Counted from the stretch's first letter, positions 1 to 10,484 are shown. The stretch: 64,000 bases of DNA from Alphaproteobacteria bacterium (GCA_965222215.1 OZ244931.1:2789964-2853963), one strand, 5' to 3'. A program made the numbers and translations. The notes: generated from the letters alone by a model not told the origin.

Positions 1-527
1 TCGACCGCGCGGGCCCGAACGGACTCCGCCACTTCCTCGAAATTGGCGATCTCCTCGTCGAAGCCGCCTTTCAGATTTTCGAGCTGGGCGCCCGCGTTGG
101 CGACCGCGTTCTCCAGCGCCTGCGCGTAGGCCAGCAGCCCCTCACCGACATCCGTGAGCCCCGCCGCCGCACGGCGGTGCGGGTTTTCCATTCGCCAGAT
201 CTGTTGTTCCAGGATCGCCAGATCGTAGGCCGTCTGGTTGTCACGGACCGCCCAGGCCGCGAGCGCGAACAAAAGCGCCGGCGGCGCGAGGGCGCCGGCA
301 ATGAGTGCGCCGATTTCATGGGGAAGCAGTTGCGGGACAACGTCCCAGCCAATGGTCGCACCCACATACCAGGCGCTGACCGCAATCCAGAGCAGCGCGA
401 CGATGGCAAGCAGCCACCCCAGAATGGTGGGAAGGACGCTCCGCCGTCCGACCTGCTCGTAGGAATTCGGCTCACCCCGGTACACGCCGTCCGCCTCGTC
501 CGGCCAATCCCCCTCGCGATCGGACAT
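1..527 (-). CDS. hypothetical membrane protein, N-terminal part (gene continues beyond the left edge)
   Basis: My own reverse-strand translation from the ATG (complement of 525-527) reads MSDREGDWPDEADGVYRGEPNSYEQVGRRSVLPTILGWLLAIVALLWIAVSAWYVGATIGWDVVPQLLPHEIGALIAGALAPPALLFALAAWAV... and stays open to position 1. It shows two hydrophobic helices followed by an Ala/Glu-rich helical region. It starts 5 nt after the mutase stop. It is missing from the track because it is edge-truncated. Confidence 0.5.
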   Translation of the reverse strand, partial: MSDREGDWPDEADGVYRGEPNSYEQVGRRSVLPTILGWLLAIVALLWIAVSAWYVGATIGWDVVPQLLPHEIGALIAGALAPPALLFALAAWAVRDNQTAYDLAILEQQIWRMENPHRRAAAGLTDVGEGLLAYAQALENAVANAGAQLENLKGGFDEEIANFEEVAESVRARAV

Positions 528-531
528 CGGA

Positions 532-2700
532 TCAGGCAGCCGCGCGCCGGTTCTGACGAACCATTTCAAGCACCTCGCCGGCGGCAGCCGGAATATTCGT
601 GCCGGGTCCGTAAATCGCCGAGACGCCATGCGATTTCAGGAACTCGTAATCCTTGGCCGGAATGACGCCACCGCAGATCACGATCACGTCCTCGGCGCGT
701 TCGGCCTTCAGCGCCTCGACCAGCGCCGGAACGAGCGTCTTGTGACCCGCGGCCTGGGTCGACACGCCGATCACATGCACATCGTTTTCGACCGCCTGAC
801 GGGCCGCTTCTTCCGGCGTCGCGAACAGCGGCCCAATATCCACGTCGAAGCCCAGGTCGGCGAATGCGGTCGCGATCACCTTGGCCCCGCGGTCGTGTCC
901 GTCCTGGCCGAGCTTGACCACGAGCATGCGCGGGCGGCGGCCTTCCTCTTCCGCGAACGCCTCGATGTCGCCCACAACCTTGGCGAAGCCCTCGTCGTCC
1001 TCGTAGGCGGAGGCATAGACGCCGGAGATCGACTTCACGGTCGCCTGATGCCGGCCGAATACTTTTTCCATGGCATCGGACATCTCCCCCACGGTGGCCC
1101 GGGCACGTGCCGCATCGACACACGCCCCGAGCAGGTTGCCGTCGCCGCTTTCGGCGATCTTGGTCAGCGCCTCCAGCGCCGTTGTGCAGGCCGCATCGTC
1201 GCGCTCGGCGCGAATACGCTCCAGCCGCGCGATCTGCGATTCCCGCACCTTGCTGTTGTCGATATCGAGGACATCGATCTCGTCCACCTCGTCGGGCACG
1301 AACCGATTGACGCCGACGATCACGTCCTCGCCCCGGTCGACTCGCGCCTGACGGCGAGCCGCCGCTTCCTCGATCCGCAGCTTGGGCATGCCGGAATCGA
1401 CGGCCTTGGTCATGCCGCCCAGTTCCTCCACCTCGCCGATCAGCTTGCGCGCTTCCACGATCAGGCTGTTGGTCAGGCTTTCGACGTAGTAGGAGCCGGC
1501 CATCGGATCCACCACATTCGTGATTCCGCTTTCGTGCTGCAGGATGAGCTGGGTATTGCGCGCGATCCGCGACGAGAAGCGGGTCGGCAGCGCGACCGCC
1601 TCGTCGAAGGAATTCGTGTGCAGGGACTGGGTGCCGCCCAGGGTCGCGGCCAGCGCCTCGATCGTGGTCCGGACGATATTATTGTAGGGGTCCTGCTCGG
1701 TCAGCGACACGCCCGACGTCTGGCAATGGGTCCGCAGCATCAGCGAGCGTTCGTCCTGGGCGTCGAACTCGTCGCGCAGCAGGTGCGCCCACAGAAAGCG
1801 CGCGGCGCGCAGCTTGGCGATCTCCATGAAAAAATTCATGCCGATGCCGAAGAAGAAGGACAGGCGCGGCGCGAATTTGTCCACGTCCAGCCCCGTCGAG
1901 CGCGCGGCGCGGACGTATTCGACGCCGTCGGCCAGCGTGAAGGCCAGTTCCTGCACCGCCGTCGCGCCCGCCTCCTGCATGTGATAGCCGGAGATCGAGA
2001 TCGAGTTGAACCGTGGCATGTGTTCGGCAGTGTAGCCGATGATATCCGCGACGATCCGCATCGAGGGCTCGGGCGGGTAGATATACGTGTTGCGGACCAT
2101 GAACTCCTTGAGGATGTCGTTCTGGATGGTCCCGGACAGCTTGTCCTGCGAGACGCCCTGCTCCTCGGCCGCGACGATGTAATTCGCCATGACCGGGAGC
2201 ACCGCGCCGTTCATGGTCATCGACACGCTCATCTCGTCGAGCGGAATGCCGTCGAACAGGATTTTCGCGTCTTCGACGCTGTCGATGGCGACACCGGCCT
2301 TGCCGACATCGCCGACGACGCGGGGGTGGTCGCTGTCGTAGCCGCGGTGTGTCGCGAGATCGAACGCCACCGACAGGCCGCGCTGCCCGCCTTCAAGGGC
2401 CTTCCGGTAAAACGCGTTGGATTCTTCGGCCGTCGAAAAACCCGCGTATTGGCGCACGGTCCAAGGCCGGCCGGCATACATCGTCGCGCGCGGTCCGCCC
2501 ACGAAGGGCGGGAAACCGGGCAGGCTGTCGCGCCAGGCGATGTCCTCGAGATCGGCCTCGGTGTAGACCGGCTTGATCGCGATTCCTTCCGGGGTCTCCC
2601 AGACGAGATCATCGGGATCGCGCTCGCGCAGTTCCTTGTCGGCGCGCGCACGCCAATCTTCGAGGGTATTCTTAGGGAATTCCGCCATTTTCCGGCTCAC
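532..2700 (-). CDS. scpA: methylmalonyl-CoA mutase large subunit with C-terminal cobalamin-binding domain
   Basis: 722-aa ORF with full-length MCM-alpha character ([36 protein letters not shown]). The C-terminus carries a DxHxxG B12 motif ([11 protein letters not shown]). The start at 2700 is GTG; an ATG at 2688 is an alternative. Confidence 0.95.
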   Translation of the reverse strand: MSRKMAEFPKNTLEDWRARADKELRERDPDDLVWETPEGIAIKPVYTEADLEDIAWRDSLPGFPPFVGGPRATMYAGRPWTVRQYAGFSTAEESNAFYRKALEGGQRGLSVAFDLATHRGYDSDHPRVVGDVGKAGVAIDSVEDAKILFDGIPLDEMSVSMTMNGAVLPVMANYIVAAEEQGVSQDKLSGTIQNDILKEFMVRNTYIYPPEPSMRIVADIIGYTAEHMPRFNSISISGYHMQEAGATAVQELAFTLADGVEYVRAARSTGLDVDKFAPRLSFFFGIGMNFFMEIAKLRAARFLWAHLLRDEFDAQDERSLMLRTHCQTSGVSLTEQDPYNNIVRTTIEALAATLGGTQSLHTNSFDEAVALPTRFSSRIARNTQLILQHESGITNVVDPMAGSYYVESLTNSLIVEARKLIGEVEELGGMTKAVDSGMPKLRIEEAAARRQARVDRGEDVIVGVNRFVPDEVDEIDVLDIDNSKVRESQIARLERIRAERDDAACTTALEALTKIAESGDGNLLGACVDAARARATVGEMSDAMEKVFGRHQATVKSISGVYASAYEDDEGFAKVVGDIEAFAEEEGRRPRMLVVKLGQDGHDRGAKVIATAFADLGFDVDIGPLFATPEEAARQAVENDVHVIGVSTQAAGHKTLVPALVEALKAERAEDVIVICGGVIPAKDYEFLKSHGVSAIYGPGTNIPAAAGEVLEMVRQNRRAAA

Positions 2701-2775
2701 AACGCTCTTTAACGGATGCCGGAAAGTATAGTCCTTGCGGCGTGGCGGGTCTATCGAGCCCCCATGATCCCCGGA

Positions 2776-4584
2776 TCAGACCGATGCCATGCGCCGGAAC
2801 GGCACCGGCGCATCGAAGCCGCGCAGTTCCGCGCTTTCCTCCGACAGCGCGCGGCCGTCCAGCAATCCCGCGACTGCCGGGTCACCGGCCACGGCCTCGG
2901 ACAGCACGATGTCGCCGCCCTCGCTCTGCCCCTGCAGGCGGGCAGCCATGTTCACGGTGGTTCCGAAATAGTCGAACCGCTCGTTGAGCGTGACGGCGAT
3001 ACAGGGGCCTTCGTGAACACCGATCTTGATCGTCACGGCATTGTCACTGCCCGCCGTGCCGGCATGTTCCGCGTTGAAGCCCGCGACCGCATCCTGGATG
3101 TCTATGGCTGCGGCAAGCGCCTGAGCCGGATCGGTAAACGCCGCCATGACGGCATCGCCGATGGTCTTGACGACCGCGCCATCGTGATTTCGCACGATCT
3201 GGGTCAGCACCGCGAAATGATCGCGCACGAGACCGTAGGCCCGCGCATCGCCGATGGCTTCGTAGAGTGCGGTTGAACTGCGCAGGTCCGTGAACATGAG
3301 CGCAACGCGCTGGATCGAGACCTCGTCGCCGGGCCGCAAGACCTGGTCCGAGAACAGATCCCGGAACGCCTGCAGCGCCGTCACCCGGTCGGCGGTCAGC
3401 GCATCACGCTCCCAGACCAGCTCTTCGACGACAAAAATACGATCATGGGGGCTGTCGTTCGTCAGGACCAATTTGCCCGTGTCCGCGGCCGGTCCGGCGG
3501 ACACCGCGTCCGCCGTAACCGTCACCGCCGGGAAACCGTCGCCGGTATACTCGATATCGGTTTCCGGCCCCGCCTCCAGGGTACGCAGGCGATAGGGGCC
3601 CGGCGGGAACGCGGCGTCCAGTTCGCGCGTCTCACCCGCCGGAACGGCGATCTGCGAGACGATATGCGGGGTGCTCATCGGGCCGAACAGGCAGTATTCG
3701 CCGAACGCGATCGGGCGGATGCCCGGCGCCGGCTGGAAGCTCAACTCCACGTTGCGGGAAAATTCGCGATCGTAGTCGATGTTGCAGGTGCCGCAGTGTG
3801 CGCCTGTCGGCAACTCATCGAGGCCGCTGGATATGGATTTCGCGACCCTGCACCGCGGACACAGGATATCCCAGCGCAGGTTCAGCAGGCCGACGCGCGT
3901 GGCCTCAAGACACAGTTCGATGGCGTGGCGTTCCGGCACCGACCAGCGCCGCGCAAGGGCGAGCGGGCGAATTTTGACGACATCGACCTCCTGCCCCGTC
4001 GTGGCGAGTGTCGCCAGCGGCGATGCCAGGCCATGTCCGTGCTGCGATTTCTCGATCAGTTCAACCGCCCTTTCAAGGCGTTGTTTGGCGTCGTCGTCGA
4101 GCGCCGGAGGCGGGACGTCGAAAGGCGCGTCGCGTTCCCCGCTGACAAACTGCTCGACCTTGCGCACCATCGCGCCGAACTGCTTGCCGACGGACTTGAA
4201 AAACACGGTGCGCAGCACGAGCTCGCCGAGAAGGCCGCTCGCCTCGGCGCTCAACGTGTAGGTGCACTTGCTGCCGTCGCCGTCCGGTTCCAGGCGCAGG
4301 TGTGCGCACAACATCTTCAGCGGGCCCCTGGTAAAATGACGCCGGTGCTCGAACCACTGGTTGGTTACCCAGTTGACCGGCTCCTCGCGCCATTCGAGCG
4401 CCATCCTGCCCTGCTTGCCGCGTCCCTCGTAGAGCACCGAGCCGTCGGGCTGCGGCGTTTCGATGATCTCGTGCTTGGGAAGACCCGCCGCCTCGTTGAA
4501 GCGCGCCGTGTCGGAGAGGAACGGCCAGAGCTTTTCCGGCGGGTGTTTGAATATCCAGATCCACTCTTGACTATGGACCGCCAT
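2776..4584 (-). CDS. class III adenylate cyclase with an N-terminal SRPBCC-like domain and a Cys4 middle domain
   Basis: C-terminal cyclase motifs are ALMFTDLRSSTALYE, VKTIGDAVMAAF and ERFDYFGTTVNMAARLQ. The middle region holds CPRC...CGTC. The N-terminus (EKLWPFLSDTARFNEAAGLP) looks like a START/polyketide-cyclase fold. I chose the ATG at 4584 (MAVHSQEW); the track start is 4605. Confidence 0.85.
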   Translation of the reverse strand: MAVHSQEWIWIFKHPPEKLWPFLSDTARFNEAAGLPKHEIIETPQPDGSVLYEGRGKQGRMALEWREEPVNWVTNQWFEHRRHFTRGPLKMLCAHLRLEPDGDGSKCTYTLSAEASGLLGELVLRTVFFKSVGKQFGAMVRKVEQFVSGERDAPFDVPPPALDDDAKQRLERAVELIEKSQHGHGLASPLATLATTGQEVDVVKIRPLALARRWSVPERHAIELCLEATRVGLLNLRWDILCPRCRVAKSISSGLDELPTGAHCGTCNIDYDREFSRNVELSFQPAPGIRPIAFGEYCLFGPMSTPHIVSQIAVPAGETRELDAAFPPGPYRLRTLEAGPETDIEYTGDGFPAVTVTADAVSAGPAADTGKLVLTNDSPHDRIFVVEELVWERDALTADRVTALQAFRDLFSDQVLRPGDEVSIQRVALMFTDLRSSTALYEAIGDARAYGLVRDHFAVLTQIVRNHDGAVVKTIGDAVMAAFTDPAQALAAAIDIQDAVAGFNAEHAGTAGSDNAVTIKIGVHEGPCIAVTLNERFDYFGTTVNMAARLQGQSEGGDIVLSEAVAGDPAVAGLLDGRALSEESAELRGFDAPVPFRRMASV

Positions 4585-4659
4585 GCGGAACCCCCTGAGG
4601 CGCATTGAAAAATCTTTTCGGTACGCGCTCTGTCCTACATGGAATACGCAAACAAATAG

Positions 4660-5535
4660 CTACCAGATCAGGCCCGGGATCGCGAAGGTCGGACGCGCGG
4701 GCGCGTCCATGAGCAAGTCCTCCAGCGCCGAAGCAGACGGTAACTGGCCATAGGAAATTCCCAGGCGTTCGCCCGCGATGCCGCTGACCACGAACGCGGA
4801 ATCGAGCCCGGCGGCCGCGGCGCCCGCGATATCAGTGGCGAGCCCGTCCCCGATCATCAGGACCTTGTCTTTCGCGGGCGCACCGAGCGCGGACAGCACC
4901 GCATCGAAGACGGGCGCATACGGCTTGCCGTGCCACGCGACATCCCCGCCGAACCGCCCTTCATACGCCTCGGCCATGGCGCCGGCGCAAATTTCGCGCT
5001 GATCGCCGCGCAATACTTCACGGTCCGGATTGGTGCAGACCATCGGCAAGCCGCGCGCGGACGCGGCTTCGAGTTCCGGAAGATAATCATCCAGCGTGTC
5101 ACCCGCCTCGCGGGGACCGGTGCAGACCACGAAGTCCGCATCGGCGATCGCGGCTTCACGTGCGATACCGGGATTGTCGAGCATCGGGCGGTGCCGGTCC
5201 GGGCCGATAAAGGCCGCTGCCGTCCCGAGCTTCGCATGCCAGGGATCCGCGCGGTCGCGGATCGCACGCCAGGCAACCTCGCCGGAGCAGAAGATATCGT
5301 CGTAGATCGTATCCGGGACCCCGATGCTGTCGAGCACGGTGCGCACGCCGGAGACACGGAAAGGCGCGTTCGACAGCAGCACGACCCCGGTCCCCGCCGC
5401 CTTGAACTCGGCGAGGCACTCGATCGCGCCCGGCAGGGGACTGATTCCGTTATGTAATGTGCCCCACAGATCGACGATCAGATGGTCGTATCGCCCTTCG
5501 ACAAGCGAGAGACGCGGGAGAAGTTCGGTCGTCAT
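4660..5535 (-). CDS. HAD-superfamily hydrolase (subfamily IIA-like)
   Basis: 291 aa. The N-terminal DLWGTLHNG motif is of the DxDGT(L/V) type. Also present are VLLSNAP and the C-terminal GDGLATDIAGA. Confidence 0.8.
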   Translation of the reverse strand: MTTELLPRLSLVEGRYDHLIVDLWGTLHNGISPLPGAIECLAEFKAAGTGVVLLSNAPFRVSGVRTVLDSIGVPDTIYDDIFCSGEVAWRAIRDRADPWHAKLGTAAAFIGPDRHRPMLDNPGIAREAAIADADFVVCTGPREAGDTLDDYLPELEAASARGLPMVCTNPDREVLRGDQREICAGAMAEAYEGRFGGDVAWHGKPYAPVFDAVLSALGAPAKDKVLMIGDGLATDIAGAAAAGLDSAFVVSGIAGERLGISYGQLPSASALEDLLMDAPARPTFAIPGLIW

Positions 5536-5616
5536 GGACGCGGCACCGGCAATAGCTGAACTGCCCGCGCGTATGCCACGCGCGGCGCGTCGTTGAAAGC
5601 CGGTTATGTACTGGAA

Positions 5617-6882
5617 TCAGTCGGAGCGGCTGAGGCGCGGCTCGCCGAACAGGTAGCCCTGCCCGAAATCGATACCGTAATCGAGCAATTCGACGAGCTG
5701 CTTTTCGTCCTCGATCTTCTCGACGATCAGGTCCAGCCCGTCGCGGTCGAGCCATTCCTTGATATCGGATGCGGCGATGCCCGTTCCCAGCGCGCCCTTG
5801 TCGGACAGGAAGAACTGCGCATCCACCTTCACGAAGCGGAAGTTCTTGGCGGAAAGGCCCGGCAGGTCGAGGTTCAGATGCGTCAATTGGTCGAGCGAGA
5901 ACCGGAATCCGAGATCCGCGAGACGGGCCAGGTTGCCGACGGTTGCCGGCGGCGCGGATTCAATATCGGCCTGACCGAACTCGAAAAACACCTTGGGCGC
6001 CAGATCCGGGTTCTCGGAGACGAAGTCGACGAAATCGCCGATAAAGCTGGTGTCGGTTAGGCTGTCGCGCGAAATGTTGCAGAAGAAGGCCGTGTCATAG
6101 TTGCGGCGCTGGGTTCGGCGGACCAGCTGCACACAGCGGAACAGCAGCATGTTGTCGATGGCCGTCACAAGGCCTTCGCGCTCCGCGACCTCGATATACT
6201 GGCCCGGGCCGATCACGCGGCCGTCCTCGGCGCGAATGCGCGTATAGCACTCGTAGTAGCGGTTCTTGCGCTGCGGCAGGCTGACGATCGGCTGAAGATA
6301 AACGTCGACCCGGTCGAGCCGCAGCGCCTCCTGCACAATATCGAGAACCTCGGCATCCTCGGCGGAACGCAAATCCTCGCCCGACGGCGCGGAAACTGAC
6401 TTGCCGCCTTCGACGGCGACAAGCTTCGGCCGCTCCGCGACCTGCATCTGGCCGGTCATGAGCGCGGCTTCCGCCTGCTTCTTCGAAAAGCTCTCGATCA
6501 GGCCCTGAAGGACCTTCACTTCGGATACCATCTGCGAGACGCGCTGTTCGCCCGCCTTGCCCACCTGTTCCAGCGCCTGGCGCATCTGCAGCGCCTGGGT
6601 CTGGGTGTTCAGCAGATCCTCGGCGATCTCTTTGGTCTGCCGGCGGACAATGGTCATTTCCTCGGCGACCTTGCGGTTTCGCTCACTCTGCGTGAACGCA
6701 TACTGCGCGAACACGCAAGCGAGAAAGATGATCCCGCCGACGAACGGCGCGGACGCCTCGGTGACGAAGGAAACATAGACCGGCGCCAACAACGCAATCG
6801 CGGAAGCGAAGACGAAATAGGACGCGGCAATTATGGCGTGCAGGATCAGTGGCATGGCTCTGACCGACACTCTGATGGCCAA
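5617..6882 (-). CDS. membrane-anchored EAL-domain protein (putative c-di-GMP phosphodiesterase)
   Basis: Two N-terminal TM helices and a coiled-coil segment precede the EAL-domain motifs. These are YLQPIVSL..YYECYTRI, EREGLVTAIDNMLL, FRFSLDQL, FVKVD, LIVEKIEDE and GIDFGQGYLFGEP. Confidence 0.85.
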   Translation of the reverse strand: MAIRVSVRAMPLILHAIIAASYFVFASAIALLAPVYVSFVTEASAPFVGGIIFLACVFAQYAFTQSERNRKVAEEMTIVRRQTKEIAEDLLNTQTQALQMRQALEQVGKAGEQRVSQMVSEVKVLQGLIESFSKKQAEAALMTGQMQVAERPKLVAVEGGKSVSAPSGEDLRSAEDAEVLDIVQEALRLDRVDVYLQPIVSLPQRKNRYYECYTRIRAEDGRVIGPGQYIEVAEREGLVTAIDNMLLFRCVQLVRRTQRRNYDTAFFCNISRDSLTDTSFIGDFVDFVSENPDLAPKVFFEFGQADIESAPPATVGNLARLADLGFRFSLDQLTHLNLDLPGLSAKNFRFVKVDAQFFLSDKGALGTGIAASDIKEWLDRDGLDLIVEKIEDEKQLVELLDYGIDFGQGYLFGEPRLSRSD

Positions 6883-6983
6883 GCCTTGCGATATGGTTAA
6901 CGGATTTTACTGTTTCCCGGGCTCCCGGGATCAACCCGGGGCTTGGGGCACCCCGTCATTGCGAGCTCAACGTCAATGCGCAG

Positions 6984-8162
6984 CTACCGCGCCGCCGGCA
7001 GCACCTGCTCGACCAGTTCCGCCCAGTAGGTCACGCCGATGGGGATGACCTCGTCGTTGAAATCGTATCCGGGGTTGTGAAGCATGCAGCCGCCGGCCGT
7101 GTCGCCATTGCCGACCCAGATATACGACCCCGGCTTCTCGCGCAGCATGAACGCGAAGTCCTCACCGCCCATGCTCGGTACCGGGCTGCGGTCGATGGCG
7201 TCGGCGCCCACGACCGCCGTCGCCGCGGCAACCGCCTGTTCGGTCTCCTCAGCCGTGTTGACCGTCGCGGGATAGAGCTTGTCGTAACGAAGTTCCGCCG
7301 TGGCGCCATAGGCGGCGCACACGCCGTCCGCGATGCGCTTCATCGCCGGCGCGACACTGTCGCGTACCTCCTCGCGGAAAGTTCGGACCGTGCCGGCCAG
7401 GTGCACCTCGCCGGGAATGACGTTGTAGGCGTCGCCGCCGTGAATCTGGGTGACGGTGACGACCAGTGCATCGACCGGGTCGGTGTTGCGGCTGGCGATG
7501 GACTGCAGCGCGCCGACCACCTCGGACGCCACGAGGATGCTGTCGACGGCCTGATGCGGCATCGCGCCGTGTCCACCCTTGCCGCGAATCACCAGGTCGA
7601 AGCTGTCCATGGCCGCCATCATCGGGCCCGCTGTGGCCGCAACCTTGCCGACCGGCATCCCCGGCCAGTTGTGCATGCCGTAGACCGCCTCGACCGGGTA
7701 TTTCTCGAACAGGCCTTCCCGGACCATGACCTCGGCACCGCCCTCGCCCTCCTCGGCGGGCTGGAAGATGAAATGCACCGTGCCGTCGAAATTTTGCGTC
7801 TCGGCGAGATACTTGGCCGCGCCCAGAAGCATCGTCGTGTGCCCGTCATGGCCGCAACCGTGCATCTTGCCGGGCACCGTGGAGGCGTGGGCGAAGTCGT
7901 TCCCTTCGGTCATCGGCAGCGCGTCCATGTCGGCGCGCAGCGCGATGGCCCGGTTGCCGGTCCCGACCTTGAGCGTGCCCACGACACCGGTCCTGGCCAG
8001 CCCGGTCTCGATCTCGATCCCGAAGCTCTCCAGACGCTCGGCGACCAGCGCCGCCGTCCGTTCTTCCTCGAAGGCCAGCTCGGGATGAGCATGGAAATCG
8101 CGCCGCCACTCGGTCAGCAGGTCGTGGTCGCGTTTGATCTCGTCGCGGATGTTCATTCTCAT
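6984..8162 (-). CDS. M20 family amidohydrolase (N-acyl-amino-acid/hippurate hydrolase-like)
   Basis: Motifs are HAHPELAFEE, ALRADMDALPM and HGCGHDGHTTMLLGAA, in a protein of 392 aa. Confidence 0.9.
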   Translation of the reverse strand: MRMNIRDEIKRDHDLLTEWRRDFHAHPELAFEEERTAALVAERLESFGIEIETGLARTGVVGTLKVGTGNRAIALRADMDALPMTEGNDFAHASTVPGKMHGCGHDGHTTMLLGAAKYLAETQNFDGTVHFIFQPAEEGEGGAEVMVREGLFEKYPVEAVYGMHNWPGMPVGKVAATAGPMMAAMDSFDLVIRGKGGHGAMPHQAVDSILVASEVVGALQSIASRNTDPVDALVVTVTQIHGGDAYNVIPGEVHLAGTVRTFREEVRDSVAPAMKRIADGVCAAYGATAELRYDKLYPATVNTAEETEQAVAAATAVVGADAIDRSPVPSMGGEDFAFMLREKPGSYIWVGNGDTAGGCMLHNPGYDFNDEVIPIGVTYWAELVEQVLPAAR

Positions 8163-8178
8163 TCCTCTCTTCCGGCGC

Positions 8179-9003
8179 TCACAACACCCGGTGGTTGGCC
8201 ACCGGGATGCGCGCGCGCACGTCCTTCATATAGTCCAGGTCTATGTCCGCCGTCGCGTGGCCCGTGCCCTCGGCGGCCTGGGCGAGCACATGACCCCACG
8301 GGTTCACGATCATCGAGTGCCCCCAGCTCGCCCGTTCGTCGTTGCCCTCGAAATAGGTCCCGGTCTGGGCTGCGGCCACCACGTAGGTCTGGGTCTCGAT
8401 GGCGCGGGCGCGCAGCAGCACCTCCCAATGGTCCTTTCCGGTCTGCAGGGTAAACGCGGCGGGCACCATCACCACGTCGGCCCCCTCCCGCGCCAGGGCC
8501 GTGTAAAGCTCGGCGAAGCGCAGGTCGTAGCAGATGCTGCACCCGACGGTGGTGCCCTCCGCGTCATAGGTCACGATCTCGCGCCCCGCGCCGAACGTGT
8601 CGGATTCCCGGTAGTCGCGCCCGTCCGGCGTGGTTACGTCGAACAGGTGAATTTTTCGGTAGCGGGCAAGTTCGTCACCGGCCCGGTTGAAGGCGATCGT
8701 CGTGTTGTAGAAATCGTCGCCGTCTCGTTCGACGAAGCTGCCGCCATGAACGAACACGCCTTGGGAACGCGCAATCCCACGCAGGGCCTCATAAGCGTCG
8801 CCGCCTTCGGCCCCGTCGACCGGGAGCGCCTCCGCCGCGGCGCGCTTGTCGTCGACCGTCGACCCCATGAACGCGAACACTTCCGGGAACACCAGCATGT
8901 CCGGGGCGTCCCGCTCCACGGCCCGGGCCGCCAGCTCGCGCGCCTGGGCGAGATTGGCCGCCTTGTCGCTGCGGGTGTTCATCTGGATGGCGCTGATTTT
9001 CAT
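8179..9003 (-). CDS. carbon-nitrogen hydrolase (nitrilase/omega-amidase superfamily)
   Basis: Starts MKISAIQMN. The catalytic triad context is FPEVF (Glu), YRKIHLF (Lys) and VGCSICYDLRFAE (Cys). I chose the ATG at 9003 over the track start at 9021. Confidence 0.9.
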   Translation of the reverse strand: MKISAIQMNTRSDKAANLAQARELAARAVERDAPDMLVFPEVFAFMGSTVDDKRAAAEALPVDGAEGGDAYEALRGIARSQGVFVHGGSFVERDGDDFYNTTIAFNRAGDELARYRKIHLFDVTTPDGRDYRESDTFGAGREIVTYDAEGTTVGCSICYDLRFAELYTALAREGADVVMVPAAFTLQTGKDHWEVLLRARAIETQTYVVAAAQTGTYFEGNDERASWGHSMIVNPWGHVLAQAAEGTGHATADIDLDYMKDVRARIPVANHRVL

Positions 9004-9068
9004 GACGAACATTCTAGGCACTTGCTACAAGACCCGCTAGCAAGACGCCGAACCCAGGGAGCGTTTTA

Positions 9069-10484
9069 GTGGCAGACGGTCTGATTACCCCCGTCATCCT
9101 GTCCGGCGGGGCGGGCACCCGGCTCTGGCCGATGAGTCGGCGCGACTACCCCAAGCAGTTCCTGCCGCTGGCGGGCGACAACGCGATGCTGCAGGACACC
9201 GCGCTGCGGGTCGCGCTGCCGAACCGTTTCGCGCCGGTGCTGGTCGTGTGCAACGAGGAACACCGCTTCATGGTGGCGGAGCAGCTCCGCCGGCAGGAGC
9301 AGGAGCCGCAGGGAATCCTGCTGGAACCGCTTGGCCGCAACACGGCACCCGCCCTCACCGCTGCCGCGCACTGGCTGCTCGACCGCGATCCCGATGCGAT
9401 CATGCTCGTCTTGCCGTCGGATCATGTGGTGCAGGACGTAAAGGCCTTCCGCGCCGCAGCCTTGACCGCAGCCAGGGCGGCCGATGCCGGGCACCTGGTG
9501 ACATTCGGCATCACACCGCGTGCGCCCGAGACCGGCTTCGGCTACATCACCGCCGGCGATGTTCTGGACGATTTCGACGGCGTCCGGCAGGTCGCCGGTT
9601 TCGTCGAGAAACCGGATCTGAATGCCGCCGAGGAATTTGTCGCCGGCGGCAACCACTTCTGGAACAGCGGCATGTTCGTGTTTCGGGCCGACACGCTGCT
9701 GGCCGAGATCGAGCGCTTCGCGCCGGATATCGCGAGGACGACCCGCGCCGCCCTGGATGGCGGGTCCGAGGATCTCGATTTCTTTCGCCTGGACCGCGAC
9801 ACGTTTGCGAAAGCACCCGCCGAATCCATCGACTACGCCGTCATGGAAAAAACCGACCGGGCCGCGGTCGTTCCGGTCGACATGGGCTGGTCCGATGTCG
9901 GCTCCTGGCGGGCCTTGTGGGAGATCGGCGCCAAAGATAATGCCGGCAACGTGGTTGTCGGCGACGTCATGCAGGTCGGCGCGCGGGACTGCTACCTGCG
10001 CAGCGACGGCACGCTGGTCGCCGCCATCGGTCTGGAGGATTTCGTCGTCGTGGCCTCGACCGACGCCGTGCTGGTCGCTCCCAAGGACGAGGTGCAGCAG
10101 GTCCGCGACATCGTCGAACAACTCGGCAAATCGGGCCGCAGCGAGGCTGTCACCTTCCCCGAGGTCTTCCGCCCCTGGGGCTGGTACAAGACGCTGAACG
10201 CCGGCCCCGGATTTCATGTCAAACGGATCACGCTGCATCCCGGCGGCCGCGTGAACCTGCGCCGCCACCGCCACAGCGCGCAGCACTGGACCGTCGTCAA
10301 CGGCACCGCCCGGGTCACGCTGGACGGCACCGAGCACACGCTGGAACCGGGCGAGTCCATCTCGATCCCGGCCGGCGCGGCCCACGATCTCGCGACCGCG
10401 GACAACCGCGAACTGTCGCTGATCGAGGTGCAGGCCGGCCCGAACGCGGGCCAGGACGAGTTCGAGCGCCTCGAAGACACGTGA
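9069..10484 (+). CDS. manC: mannose-1-phosphate guanylyltransferase / mannose-6-phosphate isomerase
   Basis: N-terminal nucleotidyltransferase motif VILSGGAGTRLWPMSR, with a C-terminal type II PMI cupin (RPWGWYKTL...HRHSAQHWTVV). GTG start. Confidence 0.93.
   Translation: MADGLITPVILSGGAGTRLWPMSRRDYPKQFLPLAGDNAMLQDTALRVALPNRFAPVLVVCNEEHRFMVAEQLRRQEQEPQGILLEPLGRNTAPALTAAAHWLLDRDPDAIMLVLPSDHVVQDVKAFRAAALTAARAADAGHLVTFGITPRAPETGFGYITAGDVLDDFDGVRQVAGFVEKPDLNAAEEFVAGGNHFWNSGMFVFRADTLLAEIERFAPDIARTTRAALDGGSEDLDFFRLDRDTFAKAPAESIDYAVMEKTDRAAVVPVDMGWSDVGSWRALWEIGAKDNAGNVVVGDVMQVGARDCYLRSDGTLVAAIGLEDFVVVASTDAVLVAPKDEVQQVRDIVEQLGKSGRSEAVTFPEVFRPWGWYKTLNAGPGFHVKRITLHPGGRVNLRRHRHSAQHWTVVNGTARVTLDGTEHTLEPGESISIPAGAAHDLATADNRELSLIEVQAGPNAGQDEFERLEDT

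Noticed and set aside
71-665. Track ORFs 71..475 (-), 177..665 (+) and 238..462 (+).
   Set aside because: A different minus-strand frame (1..527) gives a sensible membrane-protein sequence that starts 5 nt after the mutase stop. The listed ORFs are Arg/Ser/Pro-rich and overlap it.
628-2712. 694-aa ORF on the + strand, antisense to the methylmalonyl-CoA mutase gene. Similar long antisense ORFs include 3445..4608, 7077..8453, 9066..10607, 10540..11709, 16599..17528 and 17598..18710.
   Set aside because: The translations are Arg/Ala/Gly/His-rich with no recognisable motifs. Each fully overlaps a gene with unmistakable family signatures on the other strand, which is the typical high-GC shadow-ORF artefact.
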